A DNA stretch of 64,000 bases from Candidatus Staskawiczbacteria bacterium. GTDB lineage: Bacteria > Patescibacteriota > Minisyncoccia > Minisyncoccales > Staskawiczbacteraceae. A program made the position numbers and the translations under genes. A model generated the notes under the pieces. The model did no database searches and was not told the origin of the DNA. It worked only from the letters and a program-made list of their open reading frames with translations. The stretch covers positions 1,002-65,001 of the forward strand of contig CAILLM010000003.1 of the NCBI GenBank assembly GCA_903835075.1, written 5' to 3'. Below are positions 1 through 10,274 of the stretch, piece by piece. Position 1 is the first letter of the stretch. Every line of letters starts with the position of its first letter.

Positions 1-99
1 ATTCTTTCCACGCAAAGCAACAGCAACCTCAACAGCTAATCTGCCCAAAGGTTTGTTTTCTGCGTCTATTGAAATGACTTTTCTTGTTATTGTTTCCAT
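1..99 (-). CDS. rplM: 50S ribosomal protein L13, N-terminal part (runs off window)
   Basis: Manual translation METITRKVISIDAENKPLGRLAVEVAVALRGKN; IDA..LGRLA..LRGK motif; follows rplQ. Confidence 0.93.
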   Translation of the reverse strand, partial: METITRKVISIDAENKPLGRLAVEVAVALRGKN

Positions 100-124
100 G
101 TTATATTTTTGAAAAAAATTCCGG

Positions 125-475
125 TTATTTTACTAATTCGATTATTACCATTTTGGCGCCATCTGAATTACGAGGTCCAAGTTTTATTATTCTAGTATAC
201 CCACCTTGTCTGTCTACATACCTTGGAGCTATATCGCTTACAATTTTTTTTGTTAATGTGGGGGTTAGTTCTTGTACCAATATTCTACGATTAGCTAAAT
301 TAATTTTTTTTGCCCTAGTAATCATTTTTTCAGCAATAGAGCGTAATTCTTTTGCTTTTGCTTCAGTAGTTTTTATTTTTTCGTCACGCAAAAAGTTATT
401 AACTAATACTCTTAGCAAAGCTTTTCTTGGTCCAATTTTCCTAGAAAATTTTCTACCTTTGTTTTTCTTATTCAT
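125..475 (-). CDS. rplQ: 50S ribosomal protein L17
   Basis: IKTTEAKAKELR and GGYTRIIKLGPR motifs; follows rpoA. Confidence 0.98.
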   Translation of the reverse strand: MNKKNKGRKFSRKIGPRKALLRVLVNNFLRDEKIKTTEAKAKELRSIAEKMITRAKKINLANRRILVQELTPTLTKKIVSDIAPRYVDRQGGYTRIIKLGPRNSDGAKMVIIELVK

Positions 476-1418
476 CGCCTTTTAATTCTAAACCTAATTT
501 TTTTATTTTTCTTTTAATTTCTGACATTGCTTTGTCGCCCATTCCTTCTAATTCAGCCAAGCTTTTTTCTGACTTTCTAACAATTCCGCCAACTGTTTTA
601 ATGCTGTTGTTTAACAATGCATTAAGTGTTCTACCTGTTAATTTCAAGTCTTCAACCAACAATTTAGTTACATCTACCTCGCCATCATCTGCTTCAGTTT
701 CTTCGCCCTTGTCCGCCGAAGCTTCAGCGGAAGCGGAAGCTTCTCCATTGAAAATAACGTTGAAGTGTTTGATTAAAATATCACAAGCTTCAAAAAATGA
801 TTCTTCTGGAGTGATTGTGCCGTCTGTTTCAATATCTAAACTTAATTTATCAAAGTCCGTCCTATCACCAACACGCATATTTTCTACTTGGAAACTTACG
901 TTTCTGATTGGAGTGAAAATAGCATCAACTAAAATAGCACCAATTTCAGATTTTTTTACTTTTACCTGATCTTTTGGAACATATCCTATCCCCCTTTCAA
1001 TTGTTATTTCAATATCTAATTCTGTTTTCTTGTCTGTGATTGTGGCAATATGCAATTCGGGGTTTACCAATGTAATTTGTGAAGGACATTTGAAATCTGC
1101 TCCTGTTACTTTGTTATCTCCTTTTACTTTTAAAGAAACTTTTTGCGACTCGCCTTCAAAAATTTTAAATCTTAAATTCTTTATATTTAAAAGTATCATT
1201 ATAGTGTCTTCTAAAACACCTGGGATTGTGGAAAATTCGTGAGGAACTCCTTTTATTTTAACTTCTGTCACAGAAGCTCCCTGCAAAGATGATAATAAAA
1301 CTCTTCTTAAAGCGTTACCAATAGTAACACCGTATCCTGGGTATAATCCTTCTACTTCAAAAACTGCTTGATGTTTCTTTTTTTGAATTACTTTTGGTGG
1401 TAATGGAAGAGGTATCAT
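468..1418 (-). CDS. rpoA: RNA polymerase alpha subunit
   Basis: GYGVTIGNALRRVLLSSL, HEFSTIPGVLED, RVGDRTDFDKL. Confidence 0.99.
   Translation of the reverse strand: MIPLPLPPKVIQKKKHQAVFEVEGLYPGYGVTIGNALRRVLLSSLQGASVTEVKIKGVPHEFSTIPGVLEDTIMILLNIKNLRFKIFEGESQKVSLKVKGDNKVTGADFKCPSQITLVNPELHIATITDKKTELDIEITIERGIGYVPKDQVKVKKSEIGAILVDAIFTPIRNVSFQVENMRVGDRTDFDKLSLDIETDGTITPEESFFEACDILIKHFNVIFNGEASASAEASADKGEETEADDGEVDVTKLLVEDLKLTGRTLNALLNNSIKTVGGIVRKSEKSLAELEGMGDKAMSEIKRKIKKLGLELKGDE
712..737. repeat. In-frame GC-rich micro-palindrome in the rpoA linker (encodes ASAEASAD)
   Basis: tccgccgaagcttcagcggaagcgga; related to ccgcc...ggcgg and gccgaagc...gcgaaggc elements elsewhere in window. Confidence 0.6.
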
Positions 1419-1435
1419 TTTTATTTTTTTTAATT

Positions 1436-1489
1436 CCAGATATCAGTACTTCTTCCTCGCAATGCTCGGAATCAGCACTATCCCCCTGG
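1436..1489. repeat. Intergenic hairpin between rpsD and rpoA with tandem-GA stem on the minus strand
   Basis: Minus strand ccag...ttccGAgc att gcGAggaa...ctgg; same GC-GA-GG/CC-GA-GC motif as the large repeat family. Confidence 0.5.
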
Positions 1490-1505
1490 CAAATTAAATT
1501 TAAAA

Positions 1506-2135
1506 TTATCTTGAATAGAACTCGAATATTGTTGAAATTTCTGCAGGAGGCTTTACTTCATCTAAGCTTGGCTCTCCGATAGTTTTTGCTTCTAATTTGT
1601 TTTTATCTAAAGACAACCACATAGGCATTTCTTTTCTCTTCAATTCATTAACTAATTCTTTGAATATGCCCTTTCCTTTTTTATGTTCTTTTATTGCAAT
1701 TACATCATCTTTTTTAACTTGATAAGATGCAATATTAACTGGCTTTCCATTTATTAAAAAATAACTATGTGAAACAAGTTGTCTTGCTTGGGCTCTGCTT
1801 TTAGCAAATCCTAATCTAAAAATAACATTGTCTAATCTTTTTTCTAATTTTCTAATAAGCTCAGCTGCAACGTCATCAACCTTATCCATTCTTTCAAGTG
1901 TTTCGCTCACATATCTTTTAAATTGTCTTTCTGAAAGACCATACCATTTCTTTAATGTTTGCTTTTCTTCTAGGGACTTTTTATATTCTGAAGGAGTGCC
2001 ACCTTTTCTCTTTTTTTGAGGCCCTGGAGCATAAGCTCTTCTGGTTAAGGCACATTTTTCTGAAAAACAACGATCGCCCTTCAAAAAGAGCTTCTGTCCT
2101 AATCGTCTACAAGTTTTACATTGATCGTATTGCAT
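1506..2135 (-). CDS. rpsD: 30S ribosomal protein S4
   Basis: CRRLGQKLFLKGDRC, LEKRLDNVIFRLGFA, EFYSR. Confidence 0.99.
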   Translation of the reverse strand: MQYDQCKTCRRLGQKLFLKGDRCFSEKCALTRRAYAPGPQKKRKGGTPSEYKKSLEEKQTLKKWYGLSERQFKRYVSETLERMDKVDDVAAELIRKLEKRLDNVIFRLGFAKSRAQARQLVSHSYFLINGKPVNIASYQVKKDDVIAIKEHKKGKGIFKELVNELKRKEMPMWLSLDKNKLEAKTIGEPSLDEVKPPAEISTIFEFYSR

Positions 2136-2147
2136 ATATATATAAAA

Positions 2148-2609
2148 TTAAACTCTTCTAACTTTCTTTTGCCTGCATCCATTGTGAGGAATTGGCGTTA
2201 CATCTTTTATTGAAACAACATTTAAACCTTGTGTAATTAAGGTTCTTACAGCTGATTCTCTGCCAGCCCCAATACCCTTGATAGAAACTTCTATTCTATC
2301 AACAACTCCCATTTTTTTACAAATTGTTGCAATTGTTTCTGCTACTCTTGAAGCTGCAAATGAAGTTGATTTCTTAGCTCCTTTAAATCCTACTGATCCT
2401 GCTGACTTCCAAGCTAAAACCTGACCTGTTGAGCTGGTAAGGGTTAAAATTGTATTATTATAAGTTGAAGTAATAAAAATTCTTCCACCTTGAACTCCGG
2501 CAACAGATTGCTTGGTTTTGTTGGCCTCTTTGGCAACTGTTTTATCAATCTTCTCCTGCTCTTTTATTGCCTCTTCTTGATTTGTTTCGACTATATGTTT
2601 TTTTCCCAT
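2148..2609 (-). CDS. rpsK: 30S ribosomal protein S11
   Basis: TYNNTI, GFKGAKKST, DVTPIPHNGCR. Confidence 0.99.
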   Translation of the reverse strand: MGKKHIVETNQEEAIKEQEKIDKTVAKEANKTKQSVAGVQGGRIFITSTYNNTILTLTSSTGQVLAWKSAGSVGFKGAKKSTSFAASRVAETIATICKKMGVVDRIEVSIKGIGAGRESAVRTLITQGLNVVSIKDVTPIPHNGCRQKKVRRV

Positions 2610-2633
2610 TTTGTTTGTTCTATTTTATAATTT

Positions 2634-3023
2634 TTAACCTGGTGATGCTGCTGGTTTTCTACCCGATCCCATAGTTTTTCTTGTATTTCCCCTTACTGTT
2701 CTATTGTTTGTTTTTGTTCTTTGTCCCCTTACTGGCAATCCTCTTGAATGTCTCATTCCTCTCCATGCTCCAATATCTTTTAACCTCTTAACATTAATCA
2801 TGATTTGTCTTCTCAAATCTCCTTCAATTTTATGATTCTTTTCAATTATTTCTTTCAAATCATTAACTTCTTTAGCAGTTAAATCTGAAGCTTTTTTACT
2901 TTCATCAATTTTCAAAGCCTCTAAGACTCTTTTACTCAAAGCATTACCTATTCCGTAGATATAAGTTAAAGAGATTACTATTCTTTTGTTTTCTGGGATA
3001 TTTACCCCGGCAATTCTTGGCAT
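2634..3023 (-). CDS. rpsM: 30S ribosomal protein S13
   Basis: RIAGVNIP, LTYIYGIG, GLPVRGQRTKTN. Confidence 0.99.
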   Translation of the reverse strand: MPRIAGVNIPENKRIVISLTYIYGIGNALSKRVLEALKIDESKKASDLTAKEVNDLKEIIEKNHKIEGDLRRQIMINVKRLKDIGAWRGMRHSRGLPVRGQRTKTNNRTVRGNTRKTMGSGRKPAASPG

Positions 3024-3030
3024 AGTCGTA

Positions 3031-3113
3031 GTTTAATGTTTATGTAGTTTAATGTTTATAAAGTTTATAAAGTTTATCAAGTCGACTTTATAACCTGTAA
3101 CTTGATGAACTTT
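3031..3113. repeat. Short degenerate tandem repeats (GTTTATAAA-like) followed by their inverted counterpart
   Basis: gtttaatgtttatgta gtttaatgtttataaa gtttataaa gtttatcaagtc / gactttataac...acttgatgaactt. Confidence 0.6.
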
Positions 3114-3121
3114 TTACTCGT

Positions 3122-3238
3122 TTATCCTTGTCTTTGCTTGTGTTTTGGATTTTTTTTGCAAATAACATAAAGCCTTCCCTCTCTTCTGACAATTTTGCAA
3201 TCGTTACAAATTTTTTTAATTGATGGTCTTACTTTCAT
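3122..3238 (-). CDS. rpmJ: 50S ribosomal protein L36 (38 aa, not in ORF track)
   Basis: Manual translation [38 protein letters not shown]. Confidence 0.98.
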   Translation of the reverse strand: MKVRPSIKKICNDCKIVRREGRLYVICKKNPKHKQRQG

Positions 3239-3293
3239 TTTTTTTAAAAAAAACTTAAAACCTAAAAAGGTTTTAAAATTAAATTACAATATT

Positions 3294-3569
3294 TTATTTT
3301 AACCTATAAACAATTCTGCCCTTTTCATTATCATAAGGACTCATTTCTAGAGAAACCTTATCGCCAGGCAAAATAGTTATTCTATTCATTCTCATTTTGC
3401 CCGATAAAAATCCCATAATCTCTCTACCGTCGCTAAGCACTACCTTGAAAAAGGCATTTGGCAAAGCTTCTATAACTCTTCCGTCTGTTTTTATTATTTG
3501 ATTACTCCGACTTTGTCGTGAGTCCTCGACAGTGGAACCGTCGGGATTTTTATCTTGATTTATAGGCAT
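3294..3569 (-). CDS. infA: Translation initiation factor IF-1 with N-terminal extension
   Basis: [38 protein letters not shown]. Confidence 0.97.
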   Translation of the reverse strand: MPINQDKNPDGSTVEDSRQSRSNQIIKTDGRVIEALPNAFFKVVLSDGREIMGFLSGKMRMNRITILPGDKVSLEMSPYDNEKGRIVYRLK

Positions 3570-3619
3570 TTGAAATAGTAGTCTTATATTAGCAAATTCA
3601 ATTCAAAAGGTCAAGCCCC

Positions 3620-4978
3620 CTACTGGAATTTCAAAAACACATGAACCGCACTTTGATTATTTGGAGCGGAAGAAACCCAGAATGGCCAAAACTTTATTTG
3701 AGTTTTAGAAACTTGGTCCCCCATGTTATTAGTTATTGTTTGTTTTATTTGTTCAGCATTCTCACCCATTAAAGACAACCCAATAGCATTTTTATCAATA
3801 TTTTGATAGGCGCCTAATGAAATATTTAAATTTAAAGTTGCCTTACCCCCGGAAATATCAATAACATTAGAAGAATAATCTACTTTTGTACTACCATCTA
3901 ATAAAGTTTTACCTGTTGGCATTTGTGATGCAATATAACTTTTCACAAAAGTATCAACATCTGATTTTTTGAAAGCCAATGCGCTTGCCTGCACTGTCAC
4001 GCTGTAATTAAAAGTATCAGCTATTGCTCCTGATTTTGATTTTGTTGAAGAATCAGTTACATTAGATAAAATTGCATTATCTAACAAAATATAATCTGCA
4101 GAAATTTGACCTTTTACATCTGCTGTAGCATCTGCTGTTGCTTTTTGAGTTAAAACATTTTTAGCTTCTTGCAAATCATCATCTGTAACTTTTTTAACTT
4201 TTCCAGTATAACCACCTGTCATAGCTTCGGCTGATGATGCAGAAACACTAAAATAAGAAGCAGTTCCTTTTAATCCTGGCACTGAAAAATTAGAAGGAGC
4301 AATGTTATAATCAGTTCCTCCTTCTACGGCTTGTATTTGGACACTAACCGAACCAGGCGTAATTTTACTTCCAACTTTTTTTGCCGCCGGAATTGTAATT
4401 TTTTGTAAAGCAATAAATAATTTTCCAGAATCAGACATAAAGTGAGTGCCTGCTACAAAATTAAAAGCTTTTGGCGGATCATATTTATTATATACTGTTA
4501 TGGTTCCCTGAGATTTTCCCTCATTTGACCCATTACCCGTTGACGGAAAATCTTGCGTAGCTGTTTTAATAGATTGGAAATATTGTGCAGGAATAACTGC
4601 CTTAGCGGTGTCAACAACTGTAATAGACTTGTCAGCAGTTAAGGTTTGTTGCAGACTTAATGTGTCTACTTTTGGCCAAATTGTAATATCAGCTTTTGGT
4701 AATTTAAAAAATAAATATATGGCAACAAATAATACAATTATTAAAATACTAATAAAAATTGGCTTTTTAGCAGACTTTCCTTCTTTTTTTGTTTTAGTTT
4801 GAACGGGCGTTTGTGGTTGAGCTGGTGCGTAATATTGAGTTACAATATTTTTTGACTCTTTTTCAATAGTCAAAGGCACTTTAGTTTTTTTCACTACAGG
4901 CTTTTTTACAACCGGTTTTCTTTCAACCTTTTTGATTGCTATTTTGGGAGGTTTAATATCGTATATTTTTTTTGCCAT
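3620..4978 (-). CDS. Membrane-anchored hypothetical protein, baseplate J/gp47-like domain possible
   Basis: Basic N-terminus, one TM helix, G.ITVYN / AVEGG..YNI / A.TGG pattern. Confidence 0.55.
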   Translation of the reverse strand: MAKKIYDIKPPKIAIKKVERKPVVKKPVVKKTKVPLTIEKESKNIVTQYYAPAQPQTPVQTKTKKEGKSAKKPIFISILIIVLFVAIYLFFKLPKADITIWPKVDTLSLQQTLTADKSITVVDTAKAVIPAQYFQSIKTATQDFPSTGNGSNEGKSQGTITVYNKYDPPKAFNFVAGTHFMSDSGKLFIALQKITIPAAKKVGSKITPGSVSVQIQAVEGGTDYNIAPSNFSVPGLKGTASYFSVSASSAEAMTGGYTGKVKKVTDDDLQEAKNVLTQKATADATADVKGQISADYILLDNAILSNVTDSSTKSKSGAIADTFNYSVTVQASALAFKKSDVDTFVKSYIASQMPTGKTLLDGSTKVDYSSNVIDISGGKATLNLNISLGAYQNIDKNAIGLSLMGENAEQIKQTITNNMGDQVSKTQIKFWPFWVSSAPNNQSAVHVFLKFQ

Positions 4979-5033
4979 AATGAAAATTTTAATTTAAAAT
5001 TTTTTAGCGTAGCGATATATTTTTTTGTTCTAA

Positions 5034-5182
5034 GGCGAGGTAACAAACTTATAGCGAGACAGTTAATTTTTAGCGTATTTCAGGACACGAAGTGCCTGAC
5101 GAAGCCATTTAGACGCGAAACGTATCAATGGCGGTAGCAGAAAATTAATTGCCGAGCGATAAAAACGCTTGTTGCCGAGCGA
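5034..5182 (+). repeat. Nested GA-hairpin element (inner copy 5053-5159)
   Basis: gcgagg...tgccgagcga ends; inner copy near-identical to 12844-12950 and 56977-57083. Confidence 0.92.
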
Positions 5183-5187
5183 AAAAA

Positions 5188-7062
5188 TTATTCGAGCACT
5201 GCTTTAATTCTTCGGACTCCCGAAGAAGAGCTTTCTTCTTTTTGTATTTTAAATTTCCCCAAAACTCCTGTATGTTCTACGTGAGGCCCACCACAAATTT
5301 CTCTGCTGGCAATTTCATGATCATTACCAACAGTATAAACTTTTACGATTTGGCCATATTTAGATTCAAAAACTCCCATTGCATTTAACTCTTTAGCTTT
5401 TTCTATTGGCATTTCCTCACATACAACAGGCATATCTTTTTCTATTATACCATTTACAAAAATTTCTACATCATTTATTTGTGCACTGGTCATTTTTTCA
5501 GGATAAGTAAAATCAAACCTCAATCTTTCAGCTGTAATATTGCTTCCTTTTTGAAATATAGTATCCCCCAAAACTTTTCTTAAACCTGCCAACATTAAGT
5601 GGGCTGCTGTGTGTAATTTTGTAGTTTGTTCTGAATGATCAGCTAATCCACCCTTAAACATTCCCGCAGAAGCGGTTCTTGAAAGATCTTGGTGCTTTCC
5701 TAATTCTTTTTCGAATTCCTCAACATCAACTTCAATTCCTTTTTCTTTTGCCAACTCTTTTGTTATTTCGATTGGAAAGCCATAGGACTGATAAAGATTA
5801 AATGCATCTTTTCCGGATATATTTTGCAGCTTCTCAAATTCCTTTAATCCGTTTTGCATTGTTAAATTAAATTTTTCCTCTTCTTTGATGAGTTCCGCTA
5901 TAATCTGCTTTTCTTTCTCTTTTAAATAGGGATAAGAATTCGCATAAACTAGGATATATTCTTTAGCAATATCACTACAAAATTCCTTATTAATTCCTAG
6001 ATTATACGCAAATCTAATGGCCCTTCTAACCAATCTCCTGGTAAAATATCCTTGATCTTTATTTGAAGGAAATGCTCCGTCAGCGATCAAAAAGGTTGCG
6101 GCCCTTAAATGATCCATTATAATCCTAAAAGCTTTTGTTTCTTTACTGTCCTGACCATAAATTTTCCCAGATAAATTTTCAATTTTAGATTTTATAGCTT
6201 CAAAAATATCTATTAAAAAAATGTCTGGAATATTTAATTTAGCAGTTGCAATTCTTTCTAGGCCTCCTCCAAAATCGATATTTTTATTTTTTAATTTCTC
6301 AAATCCTTTTTCTGTTTTTATGTATTCCATAAAAACATTATTTCCAATTTCCAAAAATCTTCCGCAATCACAATTTACGTGGCAAGGAGAATCTTTAAAT
6401 TCAGAATTCTCATGTATTTCTAAATCAACTCCGAAATCCCAGAACATTTCCGAATCAGGACCACCTGGCTCACCCACTGGCATATTTTCAGTAATTCCGG
6501 CGCGCGACCACCAATTTTTAGTTTCATCATAATAAAAAATCCTACCTCCCTGCATCCCATTTTTTTCTGAAAAATCTACCACTTTAGCATTTATACCTAC
6601 CTTATCAAACTGCTCTATCCAAATTTGTGCCGCTTCTTCGTCAATTGGAATACCGACAGCTTCTTTGCCACGGAATACGGTGACATATATGTTTTCAGGA
6701 TTTAATTTTGCTTCTTTTGTAAGAAACTCAAACATCCATGCAATCTGTTCTTTTTTAAAATAATCTCCCAATGACCAATTCCCCAGCATTTCAAAAAATG
6801 TGGTATGCCTAGAATCTCCAACTTCTTCAATGTCTTGAGTTCTAAAGCACTTTTGAGAATCAGTAATACGCACGCCCGCTGGATGTTTTTCTCCCAATAA
6901 ATAAGGAATCATTGGTTGCATTCCTGCGCTAGTAAATAAAGTTGTTGGGTCATTTTCCGGAATCAAAGAAGCACTAGGAATTATTTTATGCCCTTTTCTC
7001 TCAAAAAACTTTAAATATTTTTCTCGTAATTCCGAGGATTGCATATTGTTATTATTCTTCAT
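5188..7062 (-). CDS. alaS: Alanine--tRNA ligase, short form lacking C-Ala domain
   Basis: DPTTLFTSAGMQP, HTTFFEMLGNWSLGDYFK, HTAAH, EICGGPHV, GVRRIKAV. Confidence 0.98.
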   Translation of the reverse strand: MKNNNNMQSSELREKYLKFFERKGHKIIPSASLIPENDPTTLFTSAGMQPMIPYLLGEKHPAGVRITDSQKCFRTQDIEEVGDSRHTTFFEMLGNWSLGDYFKKEQIAWMFEFLTKEAKLNPENIYVTVFRGKEAVGIPIDEEAAQIWIEQFDKVGINAKVVDFSEKNGMQGGRIFYYDETKNWWSRAGITENMPVGEPGGPDSEMFWDFGVDLEIHENSEFKDSPCHVNCDCGRFLEIGNNVFMEYIKTEKGFEKLKNKNIDFGGGLERIATAKLNIPDIFLIDIFEAIKSKIENLSGKIYGQDSKETKAFRIIMDHLRAATFLIADGAFPSNKDQGYFTRRLVRRAIRFAYNLGINKEFCSDIAKEYILVYANSYPYLKEKEKQIIAELIKEEEKFNLTMQNGLKEFEKLQNISGKDAFNLYQSYGFPIEITKELAKEKGIEVDVEEFEKELGKHQDLSRTASAGMFKGGLADHSEQTTKLHTAAHLMLAGLRKVLGDTIFQKGSNITAERLRFDFTYPEKMTSAQINDVEIFVNGIIEKDMPVVCEEMPIEKAKELNAMGVFESKYGQIVKVYTVGNDHEIASREICGGPHVEHTGVLGKFKIQKEESSSSGVRRIKAVLE

Positions 7063-7096
7063 TTTACATCAAAAAAATTATTCACGCAAGAAACAA

Positions 7097-7117
7097 AAAC
7101 CCCGCTGGGCGGGGTTT
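7097..7117 (-). terminator. Intrinsic terminator after tpiA
   Basis: aaaccccgc-tgg-gcggggttt hairpin with T-tract on minus strand. Confidence 0.75.
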
Positions 7118-7129
7118 AATATTTATAAA

Positions 7130-7843
7130 TTATTCGGCGGATTTTACTATTTTTATAAATTCTTCGGCAATTAACGATGCTCCGCCGACCAACAACCCAT
7201 TTGCCCCTGCCTCTTTTATATATTCACCCGAATTATCGCTTTTAACGCTACCACCGTAAAGTACGCGAACTTGCCCAATTAATGTTCTTATAAAATCAAG
7301 CGATTCTTTTGTCTCCTCAACCCCGCAATTATTTCCTGTTCCAATTGCCCAGACCGGCTCGTAAGCAACATTCAAATTAGCCAAATCTGTTATTCCGTCT
7401 AGCCCAATTTTAATTTGCTTTTCTAAGACTTCATTTTTCTTACCGGCATCGTGTTCTTCCTGAGTTTCACCAACACAAAAAATAACTTTTAATCCAGCTT
7501 CAAGTGCTTTTTTTATTTTTTTATTTATAATTTCGTCAGTTTCGCCAAAATATTTTCTTCTTTCCGAGTGGCCAATAATTATATATTCTACTTTTAAATC
7601 TTTTAGCATTTCAACTGAGATTTCTCCTGTAAAAGCGCCCTTATCTTCAAAATAAACATTTTGTGCTCCCATGGAAACAACTCCTTCTCCGAAAATTGAG
7701 GCATACAAATAAACAGCAGGCGGACAAACAATAACTTCTACATCTAATCCGCGAGAGCCCTCTCTAATGGCGTCAAAAATTTCTTTAGCCTCTTTTTGCG
7801 AATTTGGATTCATTTTCCAATTCGCCACAATCAAATTTTTCAT
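7130..7843 (-). CDS. tpiA: Triosephosphate isomerase
   Basis: ANWKMN, GHSERR, AYEPVWAIGTG, LVGGASL. Confidence 0.99.
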   Translation of the reverse strand: MKNLIVANWKMNPNSQKEAKEIFDAIREGSRGLDVEVIVCPPAVYLYASIFGEGVVSMGAQNVYFEDKGAFTGEISVEMLKDLKVEYIIIGHSERRKYFGETDEIINKKIKKALEAGLKVIFCVGETQEEHDAGKKNEVLEKQIKIGLDGITDLANLNVAYEPVWAIGTGNNCGVEETKESLDFIRTLIGQVRVLYGGSVKSDNSGEYIKEAGANGLLVGGASLIAEEFIKIVKSAE

Positions 7844-7849
7844 AATTTT

Positions 7850-9475
7850 TTATTTATGTGTTAACACTAAAAATTTTGCCTGTAAAAGTTGCAAAACCTG
7901 CGTAATTAGAGCAATCAATTGCTTTTTTAATTCAATAATTGTTGCAGTACCACTCTTAACTGTTGGGACCACAATATTAATTGATGTTGGTACTGTTGAA
8001 AAATTTGCTAGAATTGTGTGGGGTTGGGTAATACTACTAAATGTATGGGTTGATTCAACTCCAACAGACACATTATCTACCAATACGTCTGCAATTTGAT
8101 AGCCTGTATTTGGCGTAATGTTAAAAGTATAGTTGCCACCTTGAACAATATTTTGGCTGCCAGGACTTATTGAACCATTTGGCGTAACATAAACTGAAAT
8201 AGGATAAGATGTTGCACCTCCACCAGGAGCCCTAGTTACAATAATTGTATATGTATTTGTTGTTATGCCATCTTGGGCAGTAACAACTGTTGTAATTGTG
8301 TTGCTTCCAACGTTTAAGGTTATAGCTCCAGAAGCATTCCCAGAAGCTACTAGTGTTCCGTTCACTGTGACTGTGGCGTTAGCTTGATTGGTTGTTGGGG
8401 TAACGGTTAAACTCGTAACTCTGTTGGCAACGCTAGCGGTATATGAAGTTGTGCTAGGTGAAAACACTGGGGTTAGCGTACCCGAGCTAATAGTAAAATT
8501 ACTCAATGTGGCATCAGTGGTAAATGGATTTTGGCATGTTTCAGATGGTAAAGATGGTGTGCTTATAGTAATATTGGAAACAGTATTTATCACTCCAGAA
8601 GTAGTAGAATATATATTGTTATTGGCTATATTAAAAATTCCGCCATCCTCCCTTAAATCGTAATGCCCCACACCTCCAGATGAATTCTCCATGCAATGAT
8701 AAGCATTCATGGTCCCATACAAAGAAAGAAGTGCGTAGTTAGTATTATTATTCGTGGCGGTAAAATTAGAATTATAAAGATTCAATGTCCCCCCGCTACC
8801 CCTCACAGACCCTGCCGTTCCCATAATGGGAAGAAAATATGGACCTGCTGAAATAAAAGTAGAATCGTAAACATTAACCGTACTCCCAGACGAATCTAGG
8901 GCGATGCTGTCAAATTTTGAGTTTACAGTAGAATTAAAAATATTTGCCGTAAAAGTTGTACTCGTGGAATAAAAATAAAACCCATCAGACTCCGCGATTA
9001 GCTTTACGTTCTCAACCGTAAAATTTGTTGGGATAGTATTTATGCCCTGATAAAAACCAACTGGCAGTTGGAGGTTATGGAACCCTTCGTTGCCATTAAC
9101 GGTTAAATAACCAATTACACTGCTTGTTCCAGGAACAACAATTGCTCCGCCAACCCCGCCTAAAACTTGCGATTTTATAATAGTAGTATCAATTCCGCGA
9201 CCATAAAGAGACACGGAAGTTGGCAAGGTTATGCCCGCGTTTCCAATATCAAAAGTGCTAGCAGATAAATAAAGAGTATCCCCTGCAACAGATGCAGTAA
9301 CAGCATTTTTCAAAGCTGTTCCCCTGGAAATGTCTGAATTGCTTGCTGATGCATAATCTGTTTCCGTGCAATTAGAGTGCATTATAGACACTCCGCCATT
9401 GGGGAAAATACCACTTGCAAAAACAGTCCCTGGCACGACCAAACAAAACAATAATACTGTTAGAATATATTTCAT
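7850..9475 (-). CDS. Secreted surface protein: beta-helix region, cadherin-like beta-sandwich, InlB-B-like repeat
   Basis: Signal peptide; DATLSN..LTPVFSP...VTAQDG..TYTI; NGSISP...[17 protein letters not shown]. Confidence 0.75.
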   Translation of the reverse strand: MKYILTVLLFCLVVPGTVFASGIFPNGGVSIMHSNCTETDYASASNSDISRGTALKNAVTASVAGDTLYLSASTFDIGNAGITLPTSVSLYGRGIDTTIIKSQVLGGVGGAIVVPGTSSVIGYLTVNGNEGFHNLQLPVGFYQGINTIPTNFTVENVKLIAESDGFYFYSTSTTFTANIFNSTVNSKFDSIALDSSGSTVNVYDSTFISAGPYFLPIMGTAGSVRGSGGTLNLYNSNFTATNNNTNYALLSLYGTMNAYHCMENSSGGVGHYDLREDGGIFNIANNNIYSTTSGVINTVSNITISTPSLPSETCQNPFTTDATLSNFTISSGTLTPVFSPSTTSYTASVANRVTSLTVTPTTNQANATVTVNGTLVASGNASGAITLNVGSNTITTVVTAQDGITTNTYTIIVTRAPGGGATSYPISVYVTPNGSISPGSQNIVQGGNYTFNITPNTGYQIADVLVDNVSVGVESTHTFSSITQPHTILANFSTVPTSINIVVPTVKSGTATIIELKKQLIALITQVLQLLQAKFLVLTHK

Positions 9476-9527
9476 ATTTAAAAAAATTTAATAAAAAACT
9501 TTATATTATATTATATTACCACAAAAA

Positions 9528-10274
9528 CTAATCTGTTAAAATTTTGGGACCAATTCTTGTAATGGCAATTGTGTGTTCAAAATGCGCGGACAAAGAGTTG
9601 TCACGCGTGGCATAACCATAACCATCGTCTGAGTGCCTTAAATTATAATCCCCCATTGTTACCATTGGTTCAATACAAATTACCATTCCTTCAACTAATT
9701 TTGCTCCGCTTTGTCTTTTTCCATAATTTGGAATTTTGGGGTCCTCATGAACTGTTTTGCCAATTCCATGACCACATAAGTCGCGTACTACGCCGAACCC
9801 TTGGTCTTCAATACATCTTTGCACGGTATTTCCAATATCTCCAATTGTATTACCAATTTTTGCTTTTTTAATTCCCAAGCGAAGCGATTTTTTTGTAACA
9901 TTTATAAGCCTTTTTGCTTCATACGAAACATTCCCAACTGCAACTGTTATGGCCGAATCAGTGTTGAACCCTTTATATAAAACACCCAAATCTAATTTTA
10001 CTAAGTCGCCATCTTTTATTTTATAATTTGAAGGATATCCATGAACAATATTTTCATTTACAGAAACACACAAAGAGTAAGGAAAGCCTTCATAACCCTT
10101 AAAAGCTGGTTTTGCACCTGCATGAGAAACAATAAGAGCCTCTGCGGCTCTGTCCAATTCTATGGTGGCAATTCCGGGCTTTGTCATTTTTTCTAAAGCC
10201 TTAAGTGTAGCAGACAATATTTTTCCACCTTCTCTAATTGTTTGAATTTCTTCTGGTGTTTTTAATGTAATCAT
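9528..10274 (-). CDS. map: Methionine aminopeptidase type I
   Basis: SVNENIVHG, GHGIG..HEDP, IEPM, SAHFEHT. Confidence 0.99.
   Translation of the reverse strand: MITLKTPEEIQTIREGGKILSATLKALEKMTKPGIATIELDRAAEALIVSHAGAKPAFKGYEGFPYSLCVSVNENIVHGYPSNYKIKDGDLVKLDLGVLYKGFNTDSAITVAVGNVSYEAKRLINVTKKSLRLGIKKAKIGNTIGDIGNTVQRCIEDQGFGVVRDLCGHGIGKTVHEDPKIPNYGKRQSGAKLVEGMVICIEPMVTMGDYNLRHSDDGYGYATRDNSLSAHFEHTIAITRIGPKILTD

Noticed and set aside
5188..7062. alaS as a truncated pseudogene
   Set aside because: Catalytic and editing motifs are intact and it ends cleanly after the editing domain; short AlaRS forms are known.
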